A stretch of DNA of 64,000 nt from Rhodospirillaceae bacterium (GTDB lineage Bacteria > Pseudomonadota > Alphaproteobacteria > UBA6615): positions 342,110 through 406,109 of the forward strand of contig PASR01000011.1 of the NCBI GenBank assembly GCA_002713365.1. Reading direction: 5' to 3'. Below, in pieces: positions 30,421-41,759 of the stretch (positions are counted from its first letter, which is position 1; each line of letters starts with the position of its first letter). Made by a program: the position numbers and the translations under genes. The notes beneath the pieces are model-generated. The model had not been told where the DNA came from and did not search any database. It saw only the letters and a program-made list of their open reading frames with translations.

Positions 30421-31212
30421 ATGGATCTTGGAATATCTGGAAAACGAGCATTTGTCACTGGTGCTAGCCAAGGTATTGGAAGAGCTATCGCTGAAGCATT
30501 GGCTGCCGAGGGCGTTAAAGTAATCATCTCTAGCCGTAATAGAGATAAATGTGCTGAAGAGGCTTTAAATATAGCACAAAAGTATAATACTGAGGCTCAT
30601 GGTATTAGCTGCGATCTATCTAATTCAGAAGATATTGAGCGGGCAGTAAATATGGTTCAGGATTTATATGGAGGAGTAGATATTCTGGTAAATAATACAG
30701 GCGGTCCACCTTTTGGCGCGATCAGTAAAGTTGATGTTAAGACTTGGCGTGATCAATTCGAAAGTATGGTTTTAAGTGTTTTTAGGCTAACTGATCTTAT
30801 ATTACCTGGAATGAGAGCGCAGAATTGGGGGCGTGTAATAATTGTTAGCTCTACTGGAGTTGTGGAACCTATTCCCGAATTAGGAATCTCAAATACCCTA
30901 CGCGTATCCCTGGCCAATTGGGCAAAAACACTGAGTTATGAAATTGCTAAGAATAATATAACTATAAATATGTTAATGCCTGGTAGAATTGGTACTGAAC
31001 GTCTAGAAAATTTATATAAGATGAATATGGAGCGTACAGGAAAGACTATCGAACAAGTTAAAAAAGATGTTGCTTCAGTTATACCCATAGGAAGAGTTGG
31101 CCGTCCGGAAGAATTTGCATCACTTGCTGTATTTTTAGCCAGTGAAAATGCGAGTTATATAACTGGCACGGCAACGCCTATAGATGGAGGTTTAACTCGC
31201 AGTATTTTATAA
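30421..31212 (+). CDS. SDR family oxidoreductase (BKR-like, SNxxR type)
   Basis: MDLGISGK, TGASQGIG, NNTGGPP, SNTLR, IP.GR.G.PEE, IDGG. Confidence 0.9.
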   Translation: MDLGISGKRAFVTGASQGIGRAIAEALAAEGVKVIISSRNRDKCAEEALNIAQKYNTEAHGISCDLSNSEDIERAVNMVQDLYGGVDILVNNTGGPPFGAISKVDVKTWRDQFESMVLSVFRLTDLILPGMRAQNWGRVIIVSSTGVVEPIPELGISNTLRVSLANWAKTLSYEIAKNNITINMLMPGRIGTERLENLYKMNMERTGKTIEQVKKDVASVIPIGRVGRPEEFASLAVFLASENASYITGTATPIDGGLTRSIL

Positions 31213-31403
31213 TTGTATTAGATTGGTGTACGTTTCATAAAATCCTTTAAATAAAAAAACTCTAACAAATAATTTTCGTAAGCATAATTATGTCTTTGTA
31301 TTTTACGTTAATGTTCTATGTAGGACATAATATTTTTTTCGCGTTTTATTAATTTATCATCACATATAATAAATACCCTTATAATATTTAAGGAGGTTTT
31401 CTT

Positions 31404-32036
31404 ATGAAGCTATACACAGTGCCTGGTGCTCCTAATCCAACTAAAGTAATGCTTTATATAGCCGAGCGTGAGGAAATGGGAGTGTCTATGAAAATTGAGC
31501 AAGTACTGGTGAATCCTATTAAGGGGGAACAAAAAAAGCCCGAGCATTTATTGCGTAATGAGTTTGGAGCCCTACCGGTTCTCGAACTAGACGACGGAAG
31601 ATTTATAGTTGAGTCTCTTGCTATTATATATTTTCTAGAAGATTTATTCCCTGAGAATAATATGATAGGAATAGATGTTACTGAAAGGGGTTTGGCAAGA
31701 GACATTGAAAGAAATATTGAGTTTAGGTTCTCTAATATTGTTGGAGAGTATATACATGCAACGAATTCTCCTTTGGGATTAGAACCTAATCCAGGTGTAG
31801 CAGCTAAACTCAAGAATATATTTCCAAAAGCACTTGTTTATATTGAAAAAATACTAAGTGACGGCCGTGATTTGCTAGGAGGTGAAAAACCCTCTATTGC
31901 TGATTGCACTCTCCAGTCTGCGCTGCAGTTTGCACGTTTTGCAAAGGTAGAGGTGATTAATGGCTATCCTTTAGTACAGGAATGGGATAAGCGCTACCGT
32001 CAGCGTCCTGCAGCTAAATTGGTTCTAAAATTTTAG
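31404..32036 (+). CDS. Glutathione S-transferase family protein
   Basis: APNP, LPVLELDDG..I.ES.AI..FLE, SIADC. Confidence 0.9.
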   Translation: MKLYTVPGAPNPTKVMLYIAEREEMGVSMKIEQVLVNPIKGEQKKPEHLLRNEFGALPVLELDDGRFIVESLAIIYFLEDLFPENNMIGIDVTERGLARDIERNIEFRFSNIVGEYIHATNSPLGLEPNPGVAAKLKNIFPKALVYIEKILSDGRDLLGGEKPSIADCTLQSALQFARFAKVEVINGYPLVQEWDKRYRQRPAAKLVLKF

Positions 32037-32127
32037 ACTTAAATAATTTAGTAACTTTTTTATTTTAAATTAGATTAAAAAATTAAATTTATATTTCTAT
32101 TTATAAGTAGACTTATCCATTTTTTAA

Positions 32128-33771
32128 TTATTTGTTTTTTTCTAAGATTATTTTTGTGAGCATAGCTGGTGAGTCAATATCTATTAGAATACCATTATCT
32201 GGCATTTCGACTTCGTGAACTATTTCAGAATTATTACTGAGGAGTTGTTTAGCACCAATGTCGCCTTCTATTTCTTCCATTTCCGCAAAAAAACGATTAG
32301 CCCAAAGAACTGGATTTCCCCTTTTGCCATTCCATGTTGGTGTACAAATCGCACGCCCAGTATCAGCCGAATATGCCTCTATTAATAATTTAATATGATT
32401 AGTATTTACCTTGGGCATGTCTCCAAGAGAAATTATTACCGCATTACAATCATCAGGAATATTTCTTATGCCCGTCTTTAGAGAACTACTTAGGCCGTCA
32501 GCGTAAGAGGTATTATGGACAAATATTACATCAGATGTCTTTAGTTCTTCTCTAATTCTTTCTGACTCATAACCAGTTACAACAATTATCGGTTTAGCAC
32601 CTGATTTATGTAACGTTTGAACTGCATGACTAATCATTGTTTTTCCGTCTATCTTAGCTAGTAGCTTATTTACTACCCCCATGCGTGTAGATTTACCTGC
32701 GGCCATAACCATGCCCGCTATCTTGGGCTTTGTTGAACTATTATGATTATTACTTTTATAAGGTGCAGCTTCAGCTCGAGGTAGAGGCCTATTTGAACTT
32801 TCTTTAAGAAGACCACCAGTTCCCATAGACCTGATACTTGTAGCATCTAATGGTAGTCCTGCCAGTAATCTCTGAAGAATTAGATCATTACCACCTATCT
32901 TTGGAGATCTTGCAGATCCTGGTAGTGCTAAAATAGGTATTTTATCTATGTGGGCAATTAATAAAAGATTTCCTGGGTCCACGGGCATCCCAAAGTGATC
33001 TATAGATCCACCTGCTGTTTCGATACCTTCAGGTATAACGTCTCGACGGTCAGTAGTAGCTGAGGCACCCATTATTAATATTACTTCTGCTCCAGTGTTA
33101 ATTATGTCTTGCAGATGTCCAGCAATTGAATTGTGGTTATGTTCGCATTTTTTTTCAATTGTTAGCTGGCTACCAAGGCTGTTTAGCTTGGCATCTAGCA
33201 CGGCGGTTGTTTTATCTAAAATTTTAGTTTTTATTCCTGGGAGAGTCGTTTGTAACAAGGCTACTTTCCTGGCTCGCAAGGACAAAATATCTATTAAAAA
33301 GCTATGATCACTAGCTAATTTTTGAACTGAATTTAAATCTTTCAGTGATACTGCAAACGGTATAATCTTTATTGTTGCAACAATCTGATTAAGAACTACT
33401 TTTTCATGCAGATTAAGCGTAGCAATTGTTATTCCTTCGTTAACAGCATTAATAGCATTAATATGCTCGGGATTAAAATTGACAAGCCCATCAGAAGCGG
33501 CAAATAAATTAATTCTGCCAGTGTTAGCTATACTTAGACGAATATTTTCACCAGCTAGTATATTCCCTAGAATTTGTGCAGCATCATTTTCTCTAATATC
33601 ATCACTTTCTAATTCGGCAATAGTAATATTAATTATACCAGAATTAGAGATGGCGTTAATGTCTTCTTCAGTGAGAATCTGGCCTTTTCGGTAGCGTTTA
33701 CCGCCCAAGGTTTGACTATGTGCTAGAGTTGCACCGAGAGCACTATTAACTGGAACGGGTCCAAACTTCAT
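32128..33771 (-). CDS. mocA: Molybdopterin-binding domain / molybdenum cofactor cytidylyltransferase fusion
   Basis: N-terminal MoeA/MogA-like domain (GMPVDPGNL) plus C-terminal AAG.S.RMG..NKLL, LGDMP, GNPV, GD.GA, DID; next to the cox cluster. Confidence 0.82.
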   Translation of the reverse strand: MKFGPVPVNSALGATLAHSQTLGGKRYRKGQILTEEDINAISNSGIINITIAELESDDIRENDAAQILGNILAGENIRLSIANTGRINLFAASDGLVNFNPEHINAINAVNEGITIATLNLHEKVVLNQIVATIKIIPFAVSLKDLNSVQKLASDHSFLIDILSLRARKVALLQTTLPGIKTKILDKTTAVLDAKLNSLGSQLTIEKKCEHNHNSIAGHLQDIINTGAEVILIMGASATTDRRDVIPEGIETAGGSIDHFGMPVDPGNLLLIAHIDKIPILALPGSARSPKIGGNDLILQRLLAGLPLDATSIRSMGTGGLLKESSNRPLPRAEAAPYKSNNHNSSTKPKIAGMVMAAGKSTRMGVVNKLLAKIDGKTMISHAVQTLHKSGAKPIIVVTGYESERIREELKTSDVIFVHNTSYADGLSSSLKTGIRNIPDDCNAVIISLGDMPKVNTNHIKLLIEAYSADTGRAICTPTWNGKRGNPVLWANRFFAEMEEIEGDIGAKQLLSNNSEIVHEVEMPDNGILIDIDSPAMLTKIILEKNK

Positions 33772-33866
33772 ATTATTGTTACCACTCGGATAAAGGACAA
33801 AATGATTATATAACTATTAAAACATAAACGTATTTTTTAAAATAAACAAAATAATAGGAGTTTAAT

Positions 33867-34457
33867 ATGCATTGGATGATTAAATGTCGATCTAAATCAG
33901 GTACTGATGAATTGCGAACGGCAACAATACCCTCTCATATAGCTAATTTAGATAAATTTAAGGATTCAACTTGGTTTTCTGGTCCAATATTTACTGATGA
34001 CGGTAGTTCAGCTATTGGTAGCCTCCGGTTTATTGAGTTTTCAGACCGTATCGGGGCTCAGGAGTATATAGAATCAGATCCATATACTACTGAAGGAATT
34101 TTTGAAACTATAATTGTAGAAAGATGGAGACCCTCTTTAAATCACCGTCAACTCACTTATTCGCGTAAAGATGAAACCCAACAATTTATATTATATTGCA
34201 AAGATGTAGCGGGTAGCTCGTCTATACGTAAATTATTACGAGAAAAACATCATGAATATTTAAATAGTTTATCTGAAAAAATTATAGCTCGTGGTCCGCT
34301 GTTACACGATAATAGTGATGAAATAATAGGAAGCGCATGTCTTTTAGATGTGTCTGATAGAAAAGAGGCTGAAGAACTATGGGCTAATGAGCCATATAAT
34401 ATGGCTGGTGTTTACAATCAAATAACAATTGAGAGGTGGATGTTTGGACATGTGTAA
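33867..34457 (+). CDS. Tandem (two-domain) YciI family protein
   Basis: Two repeats of R...H...L...GP...DD...GS......(D/E)PY...G. Confidence 0.82.
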   Translation: MHWMIKCRSKSGTDELRTATIPSHIANLDKFKDSTWFSGPIFTDDGSSAIGSLRFIEFSDRIGAQEYIESDPYTTEGIFETIIVERWRPSLNHRQLTYSRKDETQQFILYCKDVAGSSSIRKLLREKHHEYLNSLSEKIIARGPLLHDNSDEIIGSACLLDVSDRKEAEELWANEPYNMAGVYNQITIERWMFGHV

Positions 34458-34462
34458 AATAT

Positions 34463-35143
34463 CTATTTAGCATGTAGTGCTTTTGTGATTTCTGCCATAA
34501 TAGAGATTGCAATTTCTGCAGGGCTTTTTGATCCAATATCTAGTCCTATAGGGCCATGTATTCGTGAAATTTGATGTTCATCAAATCCAGAATCTTTTAA
34601 CCTTTCTTTACGTTTTAAATGGGTGTTTTTGCTACCTAGAGAACCAATATAAAAAGCATTTGATCGAAGTGCAACTTCTAGAGCTGGATCATCTAATTTA
34701 GGGTCATGGGTTAATGTTACAACCGCCGTTCTATTATCCACTCCCAGTGATATAAGAGCTTCGTCTGGCCAATCTTCATTCAGATCAACGTTTGGAAATC
34801 TAGAGCCAGTAGCAAAGGCTCCTCGTGGGTCAACAATTGTTACTGAAAACCCAGCAGTTTTACCTATCTCTACAAGAGGTTGAGCTATATGAACTGCACC
34901 TACGATTATTAGACGTTTAGGCGGATTAAAAACTTGGATAAAAACCTCACCGTTGCGTCTACTGGAGTCATCACTAAGTGAAGCTCGAGCCAATTCAGCA
35001 ATATCGTCTGTAATACTTAATAAACCGCTAACTCTATCTTCGTAGACAATGCATTGATTACCCGTTTTTAATTCAGAAACTAACGCTATAGGTTTTTTGT
35101 TCTCTATAGCTATCAATATTTCATTTAGTATCTTTTTGTTCAT
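34463..35143 (-). CDS. xdhC: XdhC/CoxF family Moco insertion chaperone, C-terminal Rossmann part
   Basis: IIVGAVHIAQ, DPR, THDPKLDD, YIG.LGS, PIGLDIG...PAEIA. Confidence 0.9.
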   Translation of the reverse strand: MNKKILNEILIAIENKKPIALVSELKTGNQCIVYEDRVSGLLSITDDIAELARASLSDDSSRRNGEVFIQVFNPPKRLIIVGAVHIAQPLVEIGKTAGFSVTIVDPRGAFATGSRFPNVDLNEDWPDEALISLGVDNRTAVVTLTHDPKLDDPALEVALRSNAFYIGSLGSKNTHLKRKERLKDSGFDEHQISRIHGPIGLDIGSKSPAEIAISIMAEITKALHAK

Positions 35144-35149
35144 TGAAAT

Positions 35150-35497
35150 TTACTCAACTCGTTCCAAATAAACTTCAACTTTGCCACCGCACGCAAGTCC
35201 TACTTCCCAAGCCATTTCATCACTAACACCAAAAGAAAGTACTCTAGGTTTGTTATCATTCATTACTTCTTTTGCATTATGGACCACTGCGCCTTCTATA
35301 CATCCTCCGGATACGGAACCAATCATATTTCCGTCCTCATCAACACCTAATTGACTGCCAACTGGGCGAGGGGAGGAACCCCAAGTATTAATAACGGTAG
35401 CTATAGCTACTTCTTTACCTTCATTTCGCCATTTAGACACCTGTATAAGTACATCATCATGGCCATAATTTTTTGTATGTTTAAGGGTGTCATTCAT
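35150..35497 (-). CDS. XdhC/CoxI family protein, N-terminal domain
   Basis: ATV..TWGSSPRP.GS, GSVSGGCIE, AWEVGLACGG. Confidence 0.9.
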   Translation of the reverse strand: MNDTLKHTKNYGHDDVLIQVSKWRNEGKEVAIATVINTWGSSPRPVGSQLGVDEDGNMIGSVSGGCIEGAVVHNAKEVMNDNKPRVLSFGVSDEMAWEVGLACGGKVEVYLERVE

Positions 35498-36792
35498 TCT
35501 GTGGCCTCCAATAAACGTTGTATATTTGATCTATCAATTGATTCATTACTTAACGCTCTTGTGAGTTGATCTAAACTTTCCAAATTATGTACTGAACGAA
35601 AGTCATCTACATTAGGAAGTAGAGCGCGTGCTCCCAATGATTTTGGTTCGTATCTATCATACCTTAACAAAGGATTAAGCCATATTAAGCGACGACAAGA
35701 TTTATGTAACCGTACAACTTCGTCTTCTAGCCCTTCTGCAGCATCTCTATCTAAGCCATCAGTTATTAGTAAAACCACAGCGCCTTGAGATAGTGAGCGT
35801 CTTGACCATTTTAAATTAAATTCACGTAAACTATTTCCAATTCGTGTACCACCAGACCAATCATCAACGGCACCTGTCACTCTGTCTAGGGCATCATCAA
35901 CATCTTTGTAACGCAAGTATCGTGTTACATTTGTTAACCTAGTTCCAAATAAAAAAGTATTTACCCTATCTCTATCATTTGTAATGGCATGCATAAAGTG
36001 AAGTATCATTCGTGAATATCTACTCATAGAGCCAGAGATATCGCAGAGAACTACTAGTGGAGGGTGACGTCTTATTCTTTTACGATAATTAAGAGATATA
36101 GTTGACCCGCCAGATCGAAGAGAAGAACGCAAGGTAGCCCGCATATCGATTCGGTCTCCTGTAGAATCTCTTTTAAACCTTCTTGTTGGGACTTCCATTA
36201 TAGGAAGCTTAAACTTTTTGATAGCTCTTTTAGCTAAAGATAATTCTTCAGATGACATTTTCTCAAAGTCCATTTCTTGTAGTAATTCTCTAGCTGACCA
36301 TGTCATCACAGCATCAATCGTCAAGTCTGGTTCGCTATCATCCTGCGAGCTATCTTGATCATTATCGGGTTTATCTCCTTTAAGTGCTTCTGCTAACCGT
36401 CTATTAATTTCTTCAGTATCATTTTGTTGTTCATTATCTACAAGCGAGGGCAGAATTAGTGCATTCATTCTTTCTAATATTTTTGGGTTGCGCCAAAAGA
36501 TATGGAAAGCTTGATCAAATATTTCTCGTTGATCTCGTCGGTTTACAAAAACTGCATGTAAGCCCCAATAGAAGTCTTCACGATTACCTAGTCCCGTTGC
36601 CTCTACTGCTTTAAATCCGTCGAGTACTTTTCCAGGGCCAACAGGTATGCCGGCAGCTCGAAGAACTCTCGCAAAATGCATAATATTGGCTGCGATTTTT
36701 CCGCTTGCGCTTGTCTTGTTTTCAATACTATCTAGCATCTCTTTTGCTGATATAACTTCTCGACTGCCTTTGGGTATTGATTTCTTTGACAT
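35494..36792 (-). CDS. coxE: CoxE-like VWA domain protein
   Basis: DISGSM, FGTRL, WSGGTRIG, ITDG.D, WLNP. Confidence 0.9.
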   Translation of the reverse strand: MSKKSIPKGSREVISAKEMLDSIENKTSASGKIAANIMHFARVLRAAGIPVGPGKVLDGFKAVEATGLGNREDFYWGLHAVFVNRRDQREIFDQAFHIFWRNPKILERMNALILPSLVDNEQQNDTEEINRRLAEALKGDKPDNDQDSSQDDSEPDLTIDAVMTWSARELLQEMDFEKMSSEELSLAKRAIKKFKLPIMEVPTRRFKRDSTGDRIDMRATLRSSLRSGGSTISLNYRKRIRRHPPLVVLCDISGSMSRYSRMILHFMHAITNDRDRVNTFLFGTRLTNVTRYLRYKDVDDALDRVTGAVDDWSGGTRIGNSLREFNLKWSRRSLSQGAVVLLITDGLDRDAAEGLEDEVVRLHKSCRRLIWLNPLLRYDRYEPKSLGARALLPNVDDFRSVHNLESLDQLTRALSNESIDRSNIQRLLEATE

Positions 36793-36796
36793 TTTA

Positions 36797-37723
36797 TTAG
36801 CTTGTTGAAAGCTGTCTGGCGGCTACCTCATTTTTAATCTGATCGAGTATTAAGGCCGCTTCACTTCCTCGAATTTGGGCAATGTCGTCTTGGTATTTTA
36901 ATAACACTCCCAGAGTATCGTCTATAGCTTCTGGTGTTAATTCAATTACATCTAATTGGTTAAGTGCTGATGCCCAATCTATAGTTTCAGCAATACCTGG
37001 TAACTTAAAGAGGTCCATTTCTCGTAACTTCTGTACAAACGTAACAACCTGACCACTTAACCTTGTTTCCACTTGTGGTGCCTTAATTTTTAAAATTTCC
37101 ATTTCTCGAACCGCATCTGGATAATCTACCCAGTAATAAAAGCAGCGCCTTTTTAAAGCGTCATGTATCTCTCTTGTTCGGTTTGAAGTAATTACTACAA
37201 TCGGGGGGTCTTGAGCTGTAATAGTTCCTATTTCAGGAACAGTAATTTGAAAGTCAGATAGTACTTCAAGGAGATAGGCTTCGAAGGGTTCGTCCGTGCG
37301 ATCTAGTTCATCAATCAATAAGACAGGTGATCCTTCTGTAGAATGTTCAAGGGCTTGAAGTAAAGGTCGTTTAACTAAAAAACGATCCGAGAATATATCT
37401 TTCCCTAATTGATTTCTGTCCTCTATTCCTTGAGCTTCTGCCAATCGGATTTCTATCATTTGAGATGTATAGTTCCATTCATATACCGCAGAGGCTACAT
37501 CCAATCCTTCATAACATTGAAGTCGAACTAGCTTCCGACCAAGTGTCTCAGCTAAAACTTTTGCTATCTCAGTTTTTCCTACGCCTGCCTCTCCTTCTAA
37601 GAATAAGGGTCTTTTCAGTTGTAAGGCGAGATGAACTGCTGTTCCCAGGCTTCTATCTGATATATAATTGCCCTTGGATAGCAGTTCCATGGTAGTTTCA
37701 ACGTTCTCTGGTAAATTTATCAA
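36797..37723 (-). CDS. coxD: CoxD-like MoxR AAA+ ATPase
   Basis: GEAGVGKT, RLQCYEGLD, LLIDELD, TSNRTRE.HDALKRRC. Confidence 0.92.
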   Translation of the reverse strand: MINLPENVETTMELLSKGNYISDRSLGTAVHLALQLKRPLFLEGEAGVGKTEIAKVLAETLGRKLVRLQCYEGLDVASAVYEWNYTSQMIEIRLAEAQGIEDRNQLGKDIFSDRFLVKRPLLQALEHSTEGSPVLLIDELDRTDEPFEAYLLEVLSDFQITVPEIGTITAQDPPIVVITSNRTREIHDALKRRCFYYWVDYPDAVREMEILKIKAPQVETRLSGQVVTFVQKLREMDLFKLPGIAETIDWASALNQLDVIELTPEAIDDTLGVLLKYQDDIAQIRGSEAALILDQIKNEVAARQLSTS

Positions 37724-37866
37724 TACACGCTCTCAAATTTAGAGGTTAACCAAGCTGTGGTTTGGTAAAGCAACTGCAGCGTTATCTTGGTGAGATAATG
37801 TTTAATTATATCCTATGAGATCAATATTAAAGCTTATATTTCTCATTGAAAGATAAGACCAAAATT

Positions 37867-37903
37867 AAAAAAAAACGGCCGGAGCAATTAAGAAATCCGG
37901 CCG
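37867..37903 (-). terminator. Rho-independent terminator after coxM
   Basis: 8-bp GC-rich inverted repeat CGGCCGGA/TCCGGCCG (37876-37903) followed by a T run on the minus strand. Confidence 0.8.
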
Positions 37904-37923
37904 ATTTAAACAATAACTTATAC

Positions 37924-38718
37924 CTAGGCAGCAGCTGCGGCACGGCTTGCCATAATTGAGATTAGGTGAGCCCTGTATTCTGCTGAAGCATGAATATCAC
38001 TATTTAGTCCATCTGCCGCTACTTTTACTGTCTTTGCAGCCGCTGCATCTAGATTATTCCCTAGTGCTTTCTCAATATCTGTTGCACGAAAGACCCCAGT
38101 GTCGCTTGCACCTGTAACCGCAGCTCTTGTTTCTCCATTAGTTTTTGCAACCATCACTCCCACAATTGCATAGCGAGAGGCAGGGTTCGGAAATTTTGCA
38201 TAAGCTGCTTTGTCTGGAATTGGAAACTTAACTGCTGTAACGAGCTCACCATCTTCTAGCGACGTTTCAAATAAATTTGTAAAAAAATCTTCTGCTGAGA
38301 TCTCACGATTATTTGTAATTATAGTTGCATTTAGACCAAGACACCCTGCTGGATAGTCAGCCGCTGGGTCATTATTTGATATCGAGCCACCTATAGTACC
38401 ACGGTTGCGAACCTGTGGGTCCCCTATATTACTAGCGAGTTCGGCTAAAGCTGGAATCTTAGATCTGACTATATCGGAATCGGCTACCGTTGCATGAGTA
38501 GTCATAGCACCTATGGTGATAGAGTCACCATTGTCGGTAACTCCGACCATATCTGCAATTTCAGATAAATCTATTAAGTCACTTGGTTGGGCCAGACGTT
38601 GTTTCAGGGTTGGAATTAGTGTCATTCCTCCTGCAAGATAGCTGCCGTCATCAGCTGATTGACGAGCAGAAATGGCTTCTTCTTGGGAATTTGCTTTCTG
38701 ATAATTGAAATTATACAT
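37924..38718 (-). CDS. coxM: Xanthine dehydrogenase family FAD subunit (CoxM-like)
   Basis: LAGG.TLIP..K.RL, IGDPQVRNRGTIGG, DPAAD, D...SA.YR. Confidence 0.92.
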   Translation of the reverse strand: MYNFNYQKANSQEEAISARQSADDGSYLAGGMTLIPTLKQRLAQPSDLIDLSEIADMVGVTDNGDSITIGAMTTHATVADSDIVRSKIPALAELASNIGDPQVRNRGTIGGSISNNDPAADYPAGCLGLNATIITNNREISAEDFFTNLFETSLEDGELVTAVKFPIPDKAAYAKFPNPASRYAIVGVMVAKTNGETRAAVTGASDTGVFRATDIEKALGNNLDAAAAKTVKVAADGLNSDIHASAEYRAHLISIMASRAAAAA

Positions 38719-38751
38719 AATTTTCTTTCCTAACGGATATGATAAAATATT

Positions 38752-41115
38752 TTATTGAGCTTTTTGGATGGCTTGCCATACTTTTAATGGTGAAGCAGGC
38801 ATTGATATATCACTAACACCCAGTGGGTTAAGAGCATCTAATATTGCATTTATAACTGCTGGTGGTGAACCAATAGCACCAACTTCACCTACCCCTTTAA
38901 CTTCTAGAGGATTAGAGGCTCCAAGAACACTTTGGGTGCTGACGTTAAAGTTAGGCATATTATCAGCTCTAGGCATAGTGTAATCCATATATGATCCGGT
39001 CAGTAGCTGACCAGATTCATCGTATACACAGCCTTCTAGCAAAGCCTGTCCTATGCCTTGGGCTAATCCGCCCTGTACTTGTCCTTCGACGATCATAGGA
39101 TTAATCACTCTTCCAACATCATCAACAGCAGTAAAGTTATTTATTTCTATCTCACCAGTTTCTGGATCTACTTCAACTTCACATATATGGCAGCCTGCAG
39201 GGAAACTAAAATTAAGTGGATCATAAAAAGCGTTTTCATCGAGACCAGGTTCAATTTCTTCAATTGGATAGTTATGGGGAACATAAGCTGCAAGCGAAAC
39301 TTCAGCAAACGATAGTTCCCGGTCAGTACCCGATATTTGGAAGACTCCGTCTTTGAACTCTACATCGGATTCTGAGGCTTCTAAGATATGTGCTGCTATT
39401 TTTTTTGCTTTTTCAATTATTTTATTGCATGCGTTTAATATTGCCGGTCCGCCGACTGCCATGGACCTTGAGCCATATGTGCCCATACCAAACTGAACCT
39501 CTCCAGTGTCCCCATGACTTATTTCTACTTGATCTACTTCAATACCAAAGCTTTCTGCAACTAGTTGTGCAAAGGTAGTTTCGTGGCCTTGTCCATGGTT
39601 GTGTGTTCCGGTGTAGACTGTAACAGAGCCCGTTGGGTGAACACGTACTTGAGCAGATTCATATAGTCCCGCTCTAGCTCCTAATGCCCCTGCAACTGCC
39701 GATGGTGCAATACCACAGGCCTCAATGTAAGTTGATATACCAATACCTCTACATTTGCCTCTAGATTCTGAATCGGATTTTCTATCTGCAAAACCTTCAT
39801 AATCAGCCGACTTTAATGCAGTATTGAAAGATGCTGGGTAGTCACCAACATCATATTGTAGAGCAACAGGTGTTTGGTATGGAAATTGATCCGATTGAAT
39901 CATGTTTTTCTTTCGAATTTCCACAGGATCTATTCCAGTTTCATTTGCCGCTTTATTAACTAGTCGTTCAAGCAAATAAGTACACTCAGGTCTTCCTGCT
40001 CCACGATAAGCATCAACTGGAACAGTGTTAGTAAAGACGGTCTTAACTTCACAATAAATATTAGGTGTGGTGTAGACACCTGCCATGAGTGTTGCGTAGA
40101 GATAAGTTGGAACACTTGAACCAAAAGTTGATAGGTAAGCTCCAATGTTCGCGTTGGTACTGACTCTTAGGCCTAAAAACCTGCCACTTTTGTCTAACGC
40201 TAAGTCAGCACTAGTCTCATGATCTCGTCCATGTGCATCAGTAATGAAAGCTTCTGATCTTTCAGCAGTCCATTTTATAGGTTGTGATACTTTCGCTGAT
40301 GCCCAGGTTAGTATTGCTTCTTCAGCATAATGAAAGATTTTAGAACCAAATCCACCACCAACATCATGAGATATTATTCGTAATTTGTGCTCGGGTATTT
40401 GTAACACAAATGCCCCCATCAATAATCGAATAACGTGAGGGTTCTGTGTGGTTGTATTAAGCGTATACTTGCCTGTAGCTGAATTATATTCAGCTACAGC
40501 AGCGCGGGGTTCCATAGCGTTAGGGATAAGTCTATTATTTACTACTTCAATTGAAACAATATGGTCTGCCTCTTCAAAGGCTGCGTCTGTTGACTCTTTA
40601 TCTCCTAACTCCCAATCGAAGCATATATTACTAGGAACATCATCATGCACTGGCAGTGCATCTTTGCTAAGAGAATCATTCATCATAATTGATGCTTTTA
40701 AAACCTCATAGTCAACAGATATTAGTTCAGATCCATCTCGGGCTTGCGCTTTTGTTTCGGCAATAACAATGGCAACCTGATCTCCCACATGGCGTACCTT
40801 TTCGAAGGCCATAGGTGGATGCGCGGGTTCATTCATAGGTGATCCGTCTTTATTATGTATTTGCCAGCCACACGGAATGCTACCAACTTCATCAGATGCC
40901 ATATCTGCACCAGTGAAAATTGCAATTACTCCAGGCGCTTCTTTAGCTTTTTTTATGTCAACACTTTTTATACGGGCGTGCGCGTGAGGAGAACGTAATA
41001 TCCAAGCGTATAATTGGCCCGGTTGATTAATGTCATCCGTATAATTTCCACGTCCAGTTAAAAAACGTCTATCTTCAACTCTTTTAACTGGGACACCGAT
41101 GCCGGTCTCGCTCAT
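38752..41115 (-). CDS. coxL: Molybdopterin large subunit, form II CoxL-like (putative CODH-like molybdenum hydroxylase)
   Basis: [17 protein letters not shown] active-site loop (form II), GQGHET, GSRS, KGVGE. Confidence 0.92.
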   Translation of the reverse strand: MSETGIGVPVKRVEDRRFLTGRGNYTDDINQPGQLYAWILRSPHAHARIKSVDIKKAKEAPGVIAIFTGADMASDEVGSIPCGWQIHNKDGSPMNEPAHPPMAFEKVRHVGDQVAIVIAETKAQARDGSELISVDYEVLKASIMMNDSLSKDALPVHDDVPSNICFDWELGDKESTDAAFEEADHIVSIEVVNNRLIPNAMEPRAAVAEYNSATGKYTLNTTTQNPHVIRLLMGAFVLQIPEHKLRIISHDVGGGFGSKIFHYAEEAILTWASAKVSQPIKWTAERSEAFITDAHGRDHETSADLALDKSGRFLGLRVSTNANIGAYLSTFGSSVPTYLYATLMAGVYTTPNIYCEVKTVFTNTVPVDAYRGAGRPECTYLLERLVNKAANETGIDPVEIRKKNMIQSDQFPYQTPVALQYDVGDYPASFNTALKSADYEGFADRKSDSESRGKCRGIGISTYIEACGIAPSAVAGALGARAGLYESAQVRVHPTGSVTVYTGTHNHGQGHETTFAQLVAESFGIEVDQVEISHGDTGEVQFGMGTYGSRSMAVGGPAILNACNKIIEKAKKIAAHILEASESDVEFKDGVFQISGTDRELSFAEVSLAAYVPHNYPIEEIEPGLDENAFYDPLNFSFPAGCHICEVEVDPETGEIEINNFTAVDDVGRVINPMIVEGQVQGGLAQGIGQALLEGCVYDESGQLLTGSYMDYTMPRADNMPNFNVSTQSVLGASNPLEVKGVGEVGAIGSPPAVINAILDALNPLGVSDISMPASPLKVWQAIQKAQ

Positions 41116-41124
41116 TGTTCTATC

Positions 41125-41592
41125 CTATCCTTGCATTGCCTTTGCACCAGCCAAAATAGATTTTACGATATTATGATAGCCTGTGCAGCGGCAGAGGTTT
41201 CCTTCAAGCCATTCGCGGACCTCTTGTTCGCTTGGATTGTTATTAGTACGCACCAAGTCAATAGCACTCATGACCATACCTGGAGTACAAAAGCCACATT
41301 GTAGACCATGATTATCCCTGAAAGCCTCCTGCATAGGATGCAGAGTATCTCCTTCTGCTAGACCTTCTATAGTAGAGACGTCTGACCCTTCGGCTTGCAT
41401 TGCTAACATTGTACAAGATTTTGCTGATTCACCATTCACGTGAACTACGCACGCTCCACACTGGCTTGTATCACATCCAACGTGAGTACCTGTTAGACCA
41501 AGATTTTCTCTTAAATACTGAACTAATAGAGTTCGTGGTTCTACTTCTGACGAAACAGATTTTCCGTTTACCGTCATTGAAACTGTGGGCAT
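41125..41592 (-). CDS. coxS: 2Fe-2S small subunit (CoxS-like)
   Basis: [33 protein letters not shown] before ATG at 41592. Confidence 0.93.
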   Translation of the reverse strand: MPTVSMTVNGKSVSSEVEPRTLLVQYLRENLGLTGTHVGCDTSQCGACVVHVNGESAKSCTMLAMQAEGSDVSTIEGLAEGDTLHPMQEAFRDNHGLQCGFCTPGMVMSAIDLVRTNNNPSEQEVREWLEGNLCRCTGYHNIVKSILAGAKAMQG

Positions 41593-41759
41593 CTTTTTCC
41601 TCCGTCTAGTCGGGTCGCCCCGCGTCATTTCTTCCTAAAATATAAAATGTTCAGGAAAGATCAATTCATCAGTCTAAAGTTTCTTATTGATAGCCTCATA
41701 CGTCAAGGTGTTAATGAAGATTTTAATCTATCATTTATAATAATAATTATCATTATTAA

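Noticed and set aside
30421..31212. SDR lacking YxxxK (has SNTLR)
   Set aside because: This is a common known BKR-like SDR subgroup feature, not novel.
34463..35497. Split xdhC as a possible frameshifted pseudogene
   Set aside because: Both halves have their own starts and intact motifs; split XdhC is common in alphaproteobacterial form II cox clusters.
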